Assembly: GCA_965213685.1 (NCBI GenBank)
Contig: CBDBZY010000018.1
Location: forward strand, 416,001-480,000
Direction: 5' to 3'
Origin: a bacterium
Lineage (GTDB): Bacteria > UBA8248
Length of the DNA stretch: 64,000 nucleotides
Below the pieces are notes generated by a model, which worked only from the letters and a program-made list of their open reading frames with translations, did no database searches and had not been told where the DNA came from. Both the position numbers and the translations under genes were made by a program. Of this stretch, positions 11,393 through 25,168 are shown one piece after another. Numbering within the stretch: position 1 is the first letter of the stretch; each line of letters opens with the position of its first letter.

Positions 11393-14300
11393 TCACTGAA
11401 ATTCATTAATGAGGTTGAGATAGAGAGTAAATGATTCTTCACAGTTATTTGGCATGTACCAATCGTTTTCGTCCATTAAAAATTAATATCAACTAGCTCC
11501 AAAAACTCAATGCAAGCAGGTGCTGGTTTTACAGTTGAATACTGCTGGCAATACTGCAGATCTTGGGCGTCACAAGCACACTGGCATTCTTCATAACCTG
11601 TAATAATATATTGGTCACCAATGTTAAGGGTAAAAATTTGAGGATTACCCTGCAAAGAAGGAATGTTGTACAGCTCTTCAGGTATACCACTAATGCCACC
11701 TCTCCTACACCGTATGAGATGGGTATTCCACATTTGAGCAATGTCATCCAATTCTGCTTGGAGAATGCCCATAAAGGCAAACCGAATGCAGTCACTGCAC
11801 ACAAAGAGTATAGTATCAGTGTTACCCCTACACCTATAAAAAGTGTTAACATACACATACACATGTATTGGACTGGTTTCATCGAAGTGTCCATTGTCTT
11901 TCAACATCTACATTGAAGAATACATAGTGAATATATGAAACAATTACAATAATGCTTCTATAAACAACGTACTTTGAAAAATTCCAACCACCAGTCAGTA
12001 CACCACTCTCGCAATGTACACCAAAACCTCTCAATTCTCTATAATCATATATATATAATAATTATATAAACACTACAAGTAAGATTTTTTTGTTGCCATA
12101 TTGTCACTAGTTATGTTACATGGTGGAGTTGATCATGTTTTCTACACTAATGTATACCTAGCATGCGAAATATGACCCACTGCATCCCAACAATAGTCTT
12201 ATTCTAAACTTTTGTTAGTGTGAAGCCCATACTTTTTCTGATGTATACACTCCAGTCACATTCAATGTGATTTTGAGTCTAACTGAGTAACTGTCTTGTT
12301 TGACAGATCTGACTCCTTCAAGCAGTCGCAACCCATGCTTCCTATATATGTAATGTACTAGTGCTGACCTGGTTACTGACAGACTTTCCATACTGGAAGC
12401 TCTTTCTTCCTGCCATTGAATCTTGTCCATTTCTTCTCAGAAATGGTTGTAAAAATGCCACTCTAACATTTTCTGTACCTCTGTCAGTACGAATAAGTCT
12501 TGGAAGCCCTAGAGCAATGTGAAATATAAGTAATGTGCACCCCAAAGATATACAAGTACCATATCTCTCAACAGCTTTCAAGTAGTAGCCTGCAATAACA
12601 GCAGGATCTTTGTTTGTGGTGGCAATTTCTAGCCACAAGACTTTTCTGGAGAACCTGTAAGAGATTATGGTGCACTGTAAAAACGGAAAGGTTACTTTCA
12701 CCAAGTGTGACTAAAGTACCAGTTCCGTTAGTGTATGAAACAAACTTGGCAAGATATATTTTACCACCAGCGGTGATTTTAACTTTTCCAGTTGTTTTAA
12801 ACTTCATTGAAAAATGTACCTTCCTAACATGTAAAGTAACCATAATCACAGTGCTTATGACATACTAATTACTCTGGTAATATTCACCAAAACCCCTGTT
12901 GCTTTGACCTCCAAGACAGATAAAAACAAACTGTGCATTACTACATTTACTACATTGCACAGCCTACTGATGAGTCCCGGCGCAGTACAAGTAAGGGACG
13001 AAAAGGTCGTCAAAGTGACCTTCTAGGCTTTTGAAATATTATTATATTGTGCAAAAGTTGACATTACAAACACACATTTTCAACATACGCATACACTTAG
13101 AAAGCATGAAAGTACTCTTTCAAATAAACATACAGAATGTCGGATTTTCTGTGAGCATGGAGTATCGTATGAACTTTCAACTCAGAAAAACACACGTATG
13201 ACTGATCAGCTGTGTGTGCAATCACAAAAGCATGATAGTGGTCATCGTAGTACTCCACAGAACAGTGTAACACGTGCAGTACGATGATATCCACCAACAC
13301 AAGTATATCAACTATTCTGGCAAAGGCTGGATGAAGTCCATCACATCCTGTTATTATGTAGGCATTCCTTTTGATGGTATTCCCCAAGTATTTCACCCAG
13401 TTTGGGCGAGTTGTTGGTGTTTCACTACTAATACTAGGGAGAAGAGATGTAAGAGAATTTTGCACATGGGGAGGCATATTTCTAATCAAGATGGGTTGAT
13501 CACATGGTCCACATTGTAAAGGTGAATCCAACAGATTTCCAGTTGAGAGCTCATAGCATAAGAGCCGCTGATGACAATTAGCAATGCTATATGCTATGTT
13601 TTTAAAATTGCCCAGTCGAGAAGCTTGCTTAAAAATATTCAACTTTGCTTCATTGCGCATATTCCATGTGCCAATCATTGGACCAACATTAAGGATTTGT
13701 GTTGGGTAATGAAATAAAAAATGAAACTTTGGGGTGACTGCTTCAGCAGTGTACATTTCAATGAAGGATCGATGGTGTTCCTCAATTGTAACTTTTAGAA
13801 TAGCACAAAGGTCAGGAGATGACCATGAACACAAAGCTAGATCTACAATCTTTGAGAGCAATAAAAATCATTTCCACTTCTGATCATCAAGAGGAACAAC
13901 GTCACCTATGAGGAGTGGAAGAATTCTAACAAGGAGTAATGACTGTGATGCGGACAGTTTGAGAGATTTTGCGTTTTGTAATGTTAAACGTGACCCAATT
14001 GGTTGTGGCTTGCTTATTTCAGTGTATTCATAATCAAAGTGTATCAGGCGGTGATTGTATTCATCAAGATTGAGGTATTGCTTTGATATTAAACAGTGCT
14101 GCAGTAGTAAACACATCTCTATTGCAGCAACTCCCTCAAGTAAATCATGCATGACATCATGCGCCAGTCCACCATTAAAGAGTGAAAAGTGGGATACTTC
14201 TAATAGAGAACTGCGTCTGTTTATTCCATATGTTTTGGAGAAATGATCATGCAAAGGACCATTGAGTGAATCGCACTCTTGGCAATGCTTTTCATCAGAG

Positions 14301-17300
14301 CGGAGTTCTAATTGAGAGGAGTCAGAGAGTGTTTTAAATACATCCTGAGTCACATAGCATGTTCTGCAAAAACGGAGAGAAAAAGAAAAAGACTCCTTGA
14401 ATCCCCCAATCGTATTGCTACCTAAATTATCACCCAAACACAGGAGGAGTCCGCCATAAAATGTTCTCTCGACACCAGGTTGTGTTACAACTCTAACACC
14501 TTCTGCTGCTAAGATATTCAGATCCTTAACAAAAGGTTTCAAAATCTCATCGATCCCATAGTTTTCCACCAATGGGACAGTAGCTGCTATTGCGAGATGT
14601 ATTGCTCGCAGGGAAGAGCGGTACTTAGGGTGGATATTTCCCAATGTAAAGAGAACAATTGCAAGTTTATGCTTCTTGACATGGGTCCCCAGTGGATTAC
14701 ATAACTCAGGCTCATCAAAGAAAGCTATAATTTGCAAGGCACAGGGATCACTTGCAAAGATAGGGTGAGTTTTGAATCTAATACCATCACAATAATCCTC
14801 TATGATCCCATCACTGTGAACTCGGGATGAACACTGTTCTACCTCATCCAGGACGGCAGCATCAGACAAAAGTGACTTGAGGGAAGAAAGGAGAGGAATG
14901 TATTGGTATTGGTCTTGCCTTGCAATTAGTCGCCTCTTTACTCCAGTAAAGACTGGTTCATAGTATGGGTCGCCAATGTTAACTTGCTGAGGTTCCTATG
15001 AGTAATGTGTGTGTGCATGCATGCATGCAAGCAAATGGGGATAAATGAAACAAGATTCATTTCCTGTAGGAAGCTGTCTGTCACATGGCTTCTATGTGTA
15101 CCATTTGTGATAGTATACTGCAAGAAATACCAAGTATGTTACTTCAAAATTGTTTTGTGCCTGACTTGCTAAACTTACCACTAGTCCAAGCTCTTCACAA
15201 AAGTATTTCTCCTGGAGGTAGCGAGCTTCCAGTCCTTCAAAAGGGCTTGGAGTGTCTTGAAAAACTTCGTCCAGACCATGAATTCCACCAACATCTATTC
15301 CAGCAACAGCAAGTGTATCCCGAACTCTGGCACCCATTTGCTGCTTCACTTGAGAGAATAAGCCATCCCAACCCTGCACAATATCATCAATTGCATTCTG
15401 TGAGAGCCTTCTATGCTCTTTCAGTTTCAGGAGAAACAAGGCTGATGATCGTTTTTGAGTAGCTTTGTCTGTGCCAAGAAGGTGACTTAGGTCAGCATGA
15501 AATCCTTCTGCAAAGAAGGTGCATACAGATACTTAGTTCAAAGATGAAGACCGGATGAAAGCATGAACAGGTAGTCATAATAGAGCAACTTGCAATCAAT
15601 ACCTGGCAAATCCTGAGATGCCGCAGCCGGATGTGCACCAGAAACCAAGGCAGATTCGACCTCCTGAGGAATGCTCAACTGATGTTCTCGCTTCTGGATT
15701 ATTCCGTCCTCGGGGTGGCGGCGGTAGATGTGAGAATAGAGTGCAGAAAAAGATCTACCCGTGTACGCACATCCACCAATGCCGCACTGAACACTGAATC
15801 TAGGGTCACTACTATGTAGTAGACGAAGATGGCTAAGATTTCGCGCCATCGTGGGTGACTCGAAGTGACACATGGGGCACTTGTAGCTACCAGCTGTGCC
15901 GCCTGACATTTCCAGCATGATTCGAGTAGATCTCCAATCCTACCAAACGGGCAATTAGCGAAGCTACGCCCATTGCACACGCATGCGCGGTAGGCGTACG
16001 ATGACGCTGCATATATTGGCGGGATTGCGAGGGTTTGCCAAGTGCAGCAGACGGCCCGACGTTACAGGGAAGCTAAGGATACGTGTACTTGGTGTCTACA
16101 GGGTGCAGCGCGAGTGGGCCACTTGAAAGCCGTCCTATTTGGCCCGAGTAAAATCGACCGCGGACGTGACGGAGTTATGGCATGTGAGACGTCCAACGAC
16201 AAGTCGGACTTGACCAGCAAAACAGTAACGGAGCTCAGCGCGTGGCTTGAAGAGAAGGGGATACCACAGGAGTTTTGCAGAGTATTTGAAGGTAAAGGGA
16301 AACGCTTTGTCTTGACATTCTTACCACATCTGGGTTAAAGGCCCCCCCCTGTACGTTTAGTACACCCAAGGCGCATGTCTATTTGTACCATACGCATGGG
16401 TTATATTATCTGCGTAAGTGTATTTTCACCTGTTTACGTGTGGTTACGTGCCGCGCGGATTAGGCGGTGGGCTAGAGGTGTTAATTTGCCCTTGTGGTGT
16501 TTGTAAAAGCTGACCCCTGTGGTTGCCAGGCTACTAATGCTCGTTTCTACCTGCTAGACAATTACATTGATGGAACTGAGTTTGTGGCCTTATCTGAAGC
16601 AGAGATCAAAGAAATGGTTCCACCTATTGGTTTAGCCAAGAAGATTATGAAGCTTGTTCCCAAGGTAGGCACTTTGTACCTTGTGGTGATTTATGTGAAT
16701 TCTATTGACTCTTGGTTGTCCTGTGTTTTTTGAACTTATTTCAGGAGCCAGTACTGCTGTCAGCAGGCAGCAGTGGACACCTAGCTTCCAGCTCTGTCAC
16801 ATCGCCCCTTAACTCACCTCCAGCTTCACCATCCTTTTCACCGACTTCTTGTGGTCCTGGATCTCTGTCCAGTGTTTCCACTACACCTTCTAGGTCAGAC
16901 AAAGTTTGTATCCCTGACTTCTGGAGAGAGGACACCCAACGCTGCATAGATGAGGGAGTACTTGATGATGCCAGTCGCAGTGACATTGTGCGCACACTAG
17001 TGACACTTCTTGTTTCCAAGTATGGTCCAAAGCCAGGTAGAATGCGACTGGAGGAGCTGGGAAGAGCACTGATATTGAAGTATCCCTTTATGAAGGACGA
17101 TCTTGGAAATGGATATGTAAGTAGGTGTATACTCAATTACTACTGAACGTTTGATAGCTATGGATGAGTTATAACTCATTGCTTATCACCTTCAGATGTG
17201 TTTTGGTTGTGGAACTCCTTTTCCTTTTCTTGAGTACATTGACCAGCTGCATGTAACTCAGTGGGAAAAAGTACATGTATTACTCACATATGTATACTTC

Positions 17301-20144
17301 ATGAGTATCGACTTGTGGTTTGGTAACTACAGAGTATGTCTGTTTCTGAATTTCTCTTCTGAGAAATCTGGCACAAGGTACCTCTCAATTTTCAACTTTA
17401 TATTCCAGGCATCATGGGTAGATAAGATGAAGGAGTGTCTTGAAAACCGGCTAAAAATGAGCAGAAGAAAAATGAAGAGGCAGGGAGATACAGCCAGCCC
17501 TAGTGCAAAACGTCAGCGGAGCTCCCATCCTAAAGATCACTTGCTGCAACGGTCAGTATTTGTTGAACTTCCTACGTCTAGCATGCAATATTTCATAGTA
17601 CTTATTAATTGTAGGTATCCAGTACGAGTACAAGATGTAGAATCTGAGGACCCAAGAAGTGTGGTAGAGCATAACAAGGCCCTGTGTGAAGAAATGAAGA
17701 AGCCAAAACCTAGAGACGCCCTCCTTTTGCCATTGATGAAGAAGACCTTCCAAGACCGGAGGATTTTCATTCAAAATGATGCATCTACAGTTGTGGAGAT
17801 ACTGGAGCACTACCCAGCTATGGCACGACCAGCAGTGGTAAGCCTCGTTTTGAGTACTACAATAGAATAGGCATTGCTAACAATTTTCGGGCATTACTGA
17901 TGGTGTTGCTGTGCATGGAGGGCCTGAGGTACACAACTGACAATTAATTGAGGCCTCTACCTTCCTGTACAGATTGAACAGGAAATTGCTCTTATTGTCG
18001 GAAAGAAGGACATTCGAACCACATTTGAATCATCTTGGGTGTCCTCTTATGTGCCTGCCCTTCTCCAGTATGGAGAAAGGAGCAAGAAGAAGGCAATAAG
18101 ATGTATTTATGGGCAACTCATAGAGTCAGGTACTAATACAGAGACACCTTACCTGTGTATTTGTGCATGAACAGTCTCTTACCATGTTTCTGCAGATGAT
18201 ACGTCCAGACAAGTAACTGCTTTGACTCTGTTGGTGGCGTGTATGAAATGTCCAACTGAAAAGGATGTTAACCCTTTATGCTACCTGTATCAGCAATACG
18301 ATGTAAGTACTTGATTTGAATGTGGAATGGAATAATTATTGTGTATATACTATCTGGTGCAAAGTCACATACAAATTATGTGTTCTTTCATCTAGGTTAC
18401 TGAGACACCTGAGCACGTTTGTCGGGAGACAACCTCCCGGAATTCTCCAAGAATAGCTGCCTTCATTGGAGAAGAGTCTCAACAATATTTTATACTCCTT
18501 GAGCAGAGGGTCCTCTGCCAGGTTTCATCACTTCAGTTTGCGTTATTCATTATGTTCAGTGCTTACTATACATTTCATTTGGAGTATCCTAAGCCTGTGA
18601 AGAATGTCATGCTATTTCTTCAAGATTATGTGTTGTCATTTCCAGATGGGCAGCGTAGACCTGCCACTTACCTTGCCACTGCGTCTGATATTAAGAAACT
18701 CTCTCTTTGACTAATTGTTTTTCGTGTTTTTCACTTGTACTCAGGATTTTTGTAGAACTCAATCCATGTTTTTGTGACTTCACTAACTGTGGATAGTAGT
18801 TGTATATGCTTGATGAGGTGAATAGTGGTAGATATCACATGGGGGTGTAAATTAACTGAAAGTGTGTTGGTTAAGGTTAGTTACATGAAGGTAGTAGTAC
18901 TGGACTGTGGTAGTTTTTGCCACTAACAGGTGTGGTTAAATGGCAGTAGAAAGGGTGTTTTTCTTCTTATAGTAACATGAGAACAATCTTTGGAGTGGTT
19001 TCTTTACACAAGTGATACAAACTTTAAAACTCTAAATAAAAGGATTACTTGTAACTTTTAATTGGATTAAATAATCTGTGATTGGTGGTACAGCACACTT
19101 CAAACATTAGGGTTAGTACAATCCATCAGGGAGGTAGTTTATCCTTCCTTAACAGTGAAAAAACCCTACATTATGTTGTTTTAAACTCTGTCATTACCAG
19201 TTGATTTTAACTCTTCCTGATTACTCTCAACCACTGTATGGATATGAATAATCACATTGTGAGAGGGTGACTATCACCATTAACTAAGAAGGGGATATGT
19301 AACCACTTTGTGGGTTGCCTGAGTTGCAGGTGAAGTCACCCAATTTTTATGGTTGAAGTAACCATTTCTTTTTTACAGTGTGGTTGCCTCACAGGTTTAG
19401 GTATGACCTCTGTCCAAATGGTATACACACCCATCTATGCAGCCATGGATTGAAAATCCATATGTCTTCAGTTTGTCATTCCCATCCATATGCCAGCAGA
19501 AATTTGGCCCCTAATATTGATATATATATACTAAAGTTACATACAACATAAAACAGATGATATTTCTATATACCTTTGAGCTATAATTCCTTCTCACAAG
19601 CCGATGCTTTCTCCTCAGTCTTACACTCTCTGGATCAATAGCTGCTAGTGTTTGCCTCACAAATTCCCTAATGAAAAGTTATGTCCTTTTCCAGCAGCAC
19701 TTAAATCCTGCATACTTAATAGCATACCTTGGTACTCGAATTTTGTATTTCCTTAATAGCCTCAAGTGCAGAGCTCGATAGCCCAGCAGGGAACCAGACT
19801 GACTGAGTTCAAACTACATAGGTATAGTGTAAGGCTCGTTTGTGACATAACTCTACCAGTTAACTGTGATGTTGACATATACTTACCATTATACACCTTC
19901 CAACGTGCTGTAGATCACTGTAACCTCCTCTTCTTCTCAACTGTTGCCTTTTCAGACTACGCTTTAATGTCCTAAGGGATATGAAAATACCATACACCGC
20001 AACCAGGAAGCATAAAATCAGTTCGTATTGGAAGCCTTCGTCAAAAAGACTTCGAAAAATGTCGTCCCTTGACAGTCCATAAGGAAGAGGTAGAGCATTC
20101 ACCGTCTCCAAGAGAGTGCAGAGCGCTACTGCAAATACCGCCAT
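11393..20144 (-). CDS. IS3EU-type DDE transposase/integrase, about 10 exons, one intron expanded by the EnSpm insertion; probable frameshift near the C-terminus
   Basis: Exons ~20144-19886 (ISLRTLKRSLK), 19816-19729 (GYRALH), 19665-19575, 19510-19430 (WHMDGNDKLKTYGFSIHGCIDG), 12654-12560 (FSRKVLWL), 12508-12370 (IRTDRGTEN), 12038-11972 (RIERFW), 11907-11862, 11795-11650 (WNTHLIR), 11597-11393. Confidence 0.88.
13097..15918 (-). pseudogene. EnSpm-type transposase with N-terminal C2H2 zinc fingers; one in-frame TGA at 13868-13870
   Basis: Exons ~15918-15603 (CPMC..H, CGIGGC..HIYRRH), 15508-15179, 14995-13097. Motifs FFDEPELCNPLG, GDNLG, FCRTC, DVMHDLLEG, TPKFHFLFHYP, MRNEAK. The two long ORFs are in the same frame, separated by one stop. 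Confidence 0.85.
16177..18710 (+). CDS. EnSpm second gene: N-terminal SAM domain, SAMD3-like protein (about 8 exons)
   Basis: TVTELSAWLEEKGI..FE/DNYIDGTEFVALSEAEIKEMVPPIGLAKKI is a SAM fold; later LILKYPF, LMKKTFQDRR, LEHYP and YYTFHLEYP motifs; GT/AG-bounded exons. Confidence 0.8.
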
Positions 20145-20594
20145 GTTTAACAGCTATAAAGATAAACACTGCGCATGCTCAGGATGCATGATCGCATGGC
20201 CAAGGGGCGTGCAAAATGAAGGTGATGGAAGTGGAATCACCATGGAAGTGGAAGCTCCACGGAAGTGGAAGTTCTATGGAAGTGGAATTTCTATGGAAGT
20301 GGAAGTTTGATGGAAATGGAAGCTTGCCGAAGACGGTAGTGGATGGCCCGTTTGGGCCACCATATTTCCTTTTCCTTGTCCTTTTTTTCTAGAAGGTGAG
20401 CTGTTGCGTGTGCCTAGTTTTGGGGTTGTGTTTGTGTGCGACTTGTGTATGGATGGTAGATGGTCCACATGGGTGGTGAGAGTTGGTGCACCATCAAAGA
20501 TCTTTAAGCCCCATTCCTAACTCTTAAGGTTGGGCATGTGGACCATCTGCCTTCTGTTCTGTTCTTATATGTGTAGGCTTGTTGCTTTCCCCTT

Positions 20595-20780
20595 TTCTAA
20601 GCCGTTGAGGTTGTTAGAGATATATATCTTTCTAAACCAATGAAGCTGCTGTACATATCTATTTTTCTAAGCCGTTGAGGTTGTTACAGATATTTCTAAG
20701 CCGTTGAGGTTGCTAATATTTCTAAGCCGTTGAGGCTGTTTCCAGATATTAAACTATATATTTCTAAGCCCCGAGGTTGT
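20595..20780. repeat. Irregular tandem repeats of TTTCTAAGCCGTTGAGGTTG (about 5-6 copies)
   Basis: Motif recurs near 20595, 20663, 20693, 20719 and 20761. Confidence 0.75.
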
Positions 20781-21779
20781 TGCGGATTTAGGTTTGTTGT
20801 ATAGCGTGTGGTTCTTCTTTCTTTCTTCTCTGTTCTCTTTCTCTTTCTGCTTATTGTGGTGCACTATGCACGTGATTGTTCATGTAGAGTGTGGCAGTGT
20901 GAGAGTGGCCAAAGTGTACTGGGCTGAGTATATGTGTCACAAGACCTGTAAACTTAGACCTCCTTTAGACAAGCCAGCCTTCATGGCCGCCTGTGTATTC
21001 GATAGCTGTGTGCCGTGTACATTCAGATCTGCATGTAGGCACTGATACACACCATTTTTGTTCCATTAGCCTCGCAACGGCAGGTTTTGATGTGGTGTGT
21101 TAGTTGCCAGAGCTCTGGACATTGGGAACATGTGTAGTGGGACACAGGTTGAGGAATAGACCCATTGAAAATGAATATACAGCTGCCATGTATAAACACC
21201 ACATCACTGCCAAACACGGCATTGTTAGCTTGACGCATGTTAAAGAGGATGGGGAGGAAGAGTGAGCAACAGTCTTTTTGAAGACACTACACTGGCTGGC
21301 ACAGGATTTGATATTAAAGAAAGTGTATAGGATTGGACTGTGCTACTGTAAAAGATTTCCCAAAGCTGAAAAGCTTTTGCAATTCAGCATGTGATCTTTA
21401 GTGTATGGACTGGGGTTGAGGGTCAGATGCATGCAGATATGTACATAGGTTATTGCTGGCCAGAGGTCTACATTATCCTTCCACTCTCTCCCTGGTAGCT
21501 CATAAGGATCACATCCCACAACTTGAATTGTGTCAGCATAGTGTCACTTCGACTCTGCATCAGCTACATGTATGCTAGTCACGTATTCTGGGAGAAAACC
21601 ACTTTCCAGATGTTTACTCAAAGCCATACTCACTAGGTATTTACGTGTGCGTGTACACTTTAGTACACCAATATGGCACATAGCAACCGTTGCCATGCAA
21701 ATGTATGAACCATGGCATAATATGCAATGGGTCTACAGCAATGCTGAATCTGTTGAAAGAGGTACAGCATGAACATGTG

Positions 21780-21965
21780 CATACATAAACATCAGTCAAA
21801 GGGGCAAGGCAATGCAAAGCAACTGTAACTACGGCTGAAGATAGCTCTTGGAAAGAAATGAGATGTGTCTCAGGTACATGTAGAACTGGAACATGCTCCA
21901 TACTGCACACTGCATATATGCTCCACCAACTGAGCCACTGAGGCAGCTTAGCTGGGTGGGCTGAA
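21780..21965 (-). mobile_element. Degenerate tRNA-derived SINE
   Basis: Minus strand reads GCTGCCTCAGTGGCTCAGTTGGTGGAGCA (A-box-like); B box decayed. Confidence 0.4.
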
Positions 21966-23144
21966 TATTTAAGGGTTATACAAGGGCCATGGTGTCTCCC
22001 CTGTTGGACAGAGCAGCTGTTAACTTAGCAATATATACACACTACACTGTAGTGTGGTCCACTGCCCTTAATGCTCTTGCTCATAAAACATGCTGTAATT
22101 GTGTCCCATGCGGTGCCCACTCCACTGCCAGTGAGACCTGATATTGGCAGACCCATCCTGCACAATAGTTAGCACACCTGACCAGAGAGCTGGGGCAGTA
22201 TGCACATTGTACGTTTTGGGAGGGAGGGGGGGACACAAACAATGTGCCCTCCTTGGCTGTGCAGGTTGTTTACACCACTTATTCACCTCTCAATCTTTAC
22301 TGTTTACTGTTTGGTCACCTTTGCCTCTCCCCCCAAAGTTCCTGGCTCCATGGCTCACTCGTGGCTCCAAAGGGGCAGCACAGCCCCCCCTCCCCCAGGG
22401 AGAGCTCTGGCATGTGCTGCAGTATATGTACATGTCCATGTGCAGCTTATCTTATTCATGTACATGTACATGCACTCGTACTACTGCACTGCCTTAAAGT
22501 AGCTTCATGAGGCACATGTGCCCGTCACAGGCAACATAACCATGTACATGTACATGTGTGTACATGTACCTGTACTAATATACTGTCTTTTGAGACGTCC
22601 TCTTCTCCCTCCCTCCCTTCCCTATTGTCTCAGCTCAGGTGGCATCGCAGTCAGGGCTCACATGTACCTGTGCATGTACATGTAGTCGCAATGCTTTGTG
22701 TGGAACAGCTGTAGAACGTCTTGAGTGTCTGTGGTCATTGTGTTATCCCATCTCATCCCTGCACTGCTGGCTTTGTGGGGGGGTCCCTACGATGTACATG
22801 AAGGTTTGTAGTGGATGATTTTCTGGAAGCCGCAATCGCCCTTCCTCCCCCCTCCTCTCCTGTGGTGGCTGTATCACCCCATCCCATCCCAGCACTGCTG
22901 GCTTTATAGGTTTTGAGGTGGGGGGTTTCCCTAGAATGTACATGTGGTTATGTAACAGATGATTTTCTGGAAACCGCAATCACTCAGGCTGATGTGTGGT
23001 GCATGTACTTACAGAAGTGCTGCAACCACAGCAGCTTATGTAGTCACAGCAGTGAGTGGGTGATGAGAGCCAGCCACCTTTGGAACAGCTGTCTGCTGCT
23101 TCCCCAGCTTGCTCTAGCTCACCTCGACATGCATGGCCTGAGGG

Positions 23145-23665
<521 letters not shown>

Positions 23666-25067
23666 ATGCGCAACCCAGTACGAGACTACCCACCAATATC
23701 TGTAGCGGAATATGCTGTCCAAAGACATTTGGTCTCTCTCTCCTCTACCATTCTAACTGACTTAACAGTATTATCTCTTGGTACACAAAATCAGTCTGGT
23801 TGACTGACCGGGCATCTGCATATACATATACATGTGTATGTAAGCTCACAATCCGCTCTCCCCTCCCAAAACTCACACCCTCACATATTATGCAAGCTAG
23901 CACACATGTACATACCCATCCCTCCCTTCCTCCCTGCCTCCCCCTCCTCCTCCCTTCATCCCTACTTGTCTCTGTTCAGTCAGCATCATGGTCAGTGCTG
24001 ACATGTGCATGTACATGTAGTTGCAATGCTTTGTGTGAAATGCAATGCAGCTGTAGAAGTTTTGAGTGTTTGTGGCGGTTAATTGTATCACCCCATCTCA
24101 TCCCTGCACTGGTGGCTCTATGTTTTGAGGTGCAGGATTTCCCTAGGATGTAGTTTAACAGTGACGTAGGAAGATGATTTTGTAAGGGGGTCACCAGATT
24201 TTTGGATATGTGCGTGAAGTCTCGGTCTTGAAATCCTCGCAGTTCGCATTTAATAGATACTCGCAATTAAAACCCGACCTACGGTATAGTATGTATATGT
24301 ACGTATGTATGCATATTATGTACATGTACAATATAGATGATGATGATAAATGTGCAAGTTGATTAAGTCGCAGAGATGTGATCATGTACAATTTATGTAC
24401 ATGTCATTGATTATCGCAACATGTACAATTGCACATGATCACATCTCTGCGACTTATCAAAGACAAGGCACAAGAGCCCAACTGCACCTGACACAACTCA
24501 CTTTCCCTCTTTCTGTGCATGTACATGTGCATGTGTGTAAGCAGTATTGCATCCTTGCTTTCCGCTTACCTTTCTCTCTTCCTTCCTTCTGCCCTCTAAC
24601 CCTCCTCTGCCTTCTTTCCACCCTCCCTCTCTTTCCTTGTCTCCTCCCCCCTCCATCTTGTCTCTTTCCCACAGCATCACTGTTGGGAGTGTGGTCTATT
24701 GCTGCATGGAACATACCAATACTTTTGTGCCTCATTCAACTTTAATGTGAGCGTGGAACACTCCTCCTCCCCTCACACACTTCAGGAGTGGCAACACTAT
24801 TACCATTTAGCAAATGTGTTTTGTTCTTACAGTACTTCATTGTCCATTGCTTCTTGTGGCTGTTCTTAAGTCATACCAAAGTACATTACTACTAGCTATT
24901 TGTACTTTGTAAGTAAATGGAACAAGGAACTGATGTTTTTTAAGATCAGCTGCGGTGCCGTGGTTACCATGTTAACCTTTGTGCATGGGAATGGTTGTAC
25001 ATGTAGTAGTTGGTGAGTAGGTGTGTATGTGTGTGCATGTGTGCATGTAGTCTCATGAACCAGACCA

Positions 25068-25160
<93 letters not shown>

Positions 25161-25168
25161 GAGTGCGT

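Larger units (their letters stand above)
12673..19380. mobile_element. EnSpm/CACTA-superfamily transposon nested in the integrase intron
   Basis: Left end CACTGTAAAAACGGAAAGGTTACTTTCACCA matches the reverse complement of the right end CACTGTAAAAAAGAAATGGTTACTTCAACCA. 2-bp TSD TG at 12671-12672 and 19381-19382. Two divergent internal genes. Confidence 0.92.
7379..20364. mobile_element. IS3EU-like DNA transposon (about 6.3 kb without the nested element)
   Basis: TIRs 7379-7502 and 20241-20364 (124 bp, one mismatch) with TATGG...CCATA ends. TTTCCT at 7373-7378 and 20365-20370 is a 6-bp TSD. Contains a DDE integrase gene. TAY..RTA ends with a 6-bp TSD are IS3EU hallmarks. Confidence 0.9.

Noticed and set aside
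13868-13870. In-frame TGA as selenocysteine or as a target of the CUA tRNA-like RNA
   Set aside because: No SECIS evidence, and CUA reads UAG, not UGA; a simple nonsense mutation is more likely.
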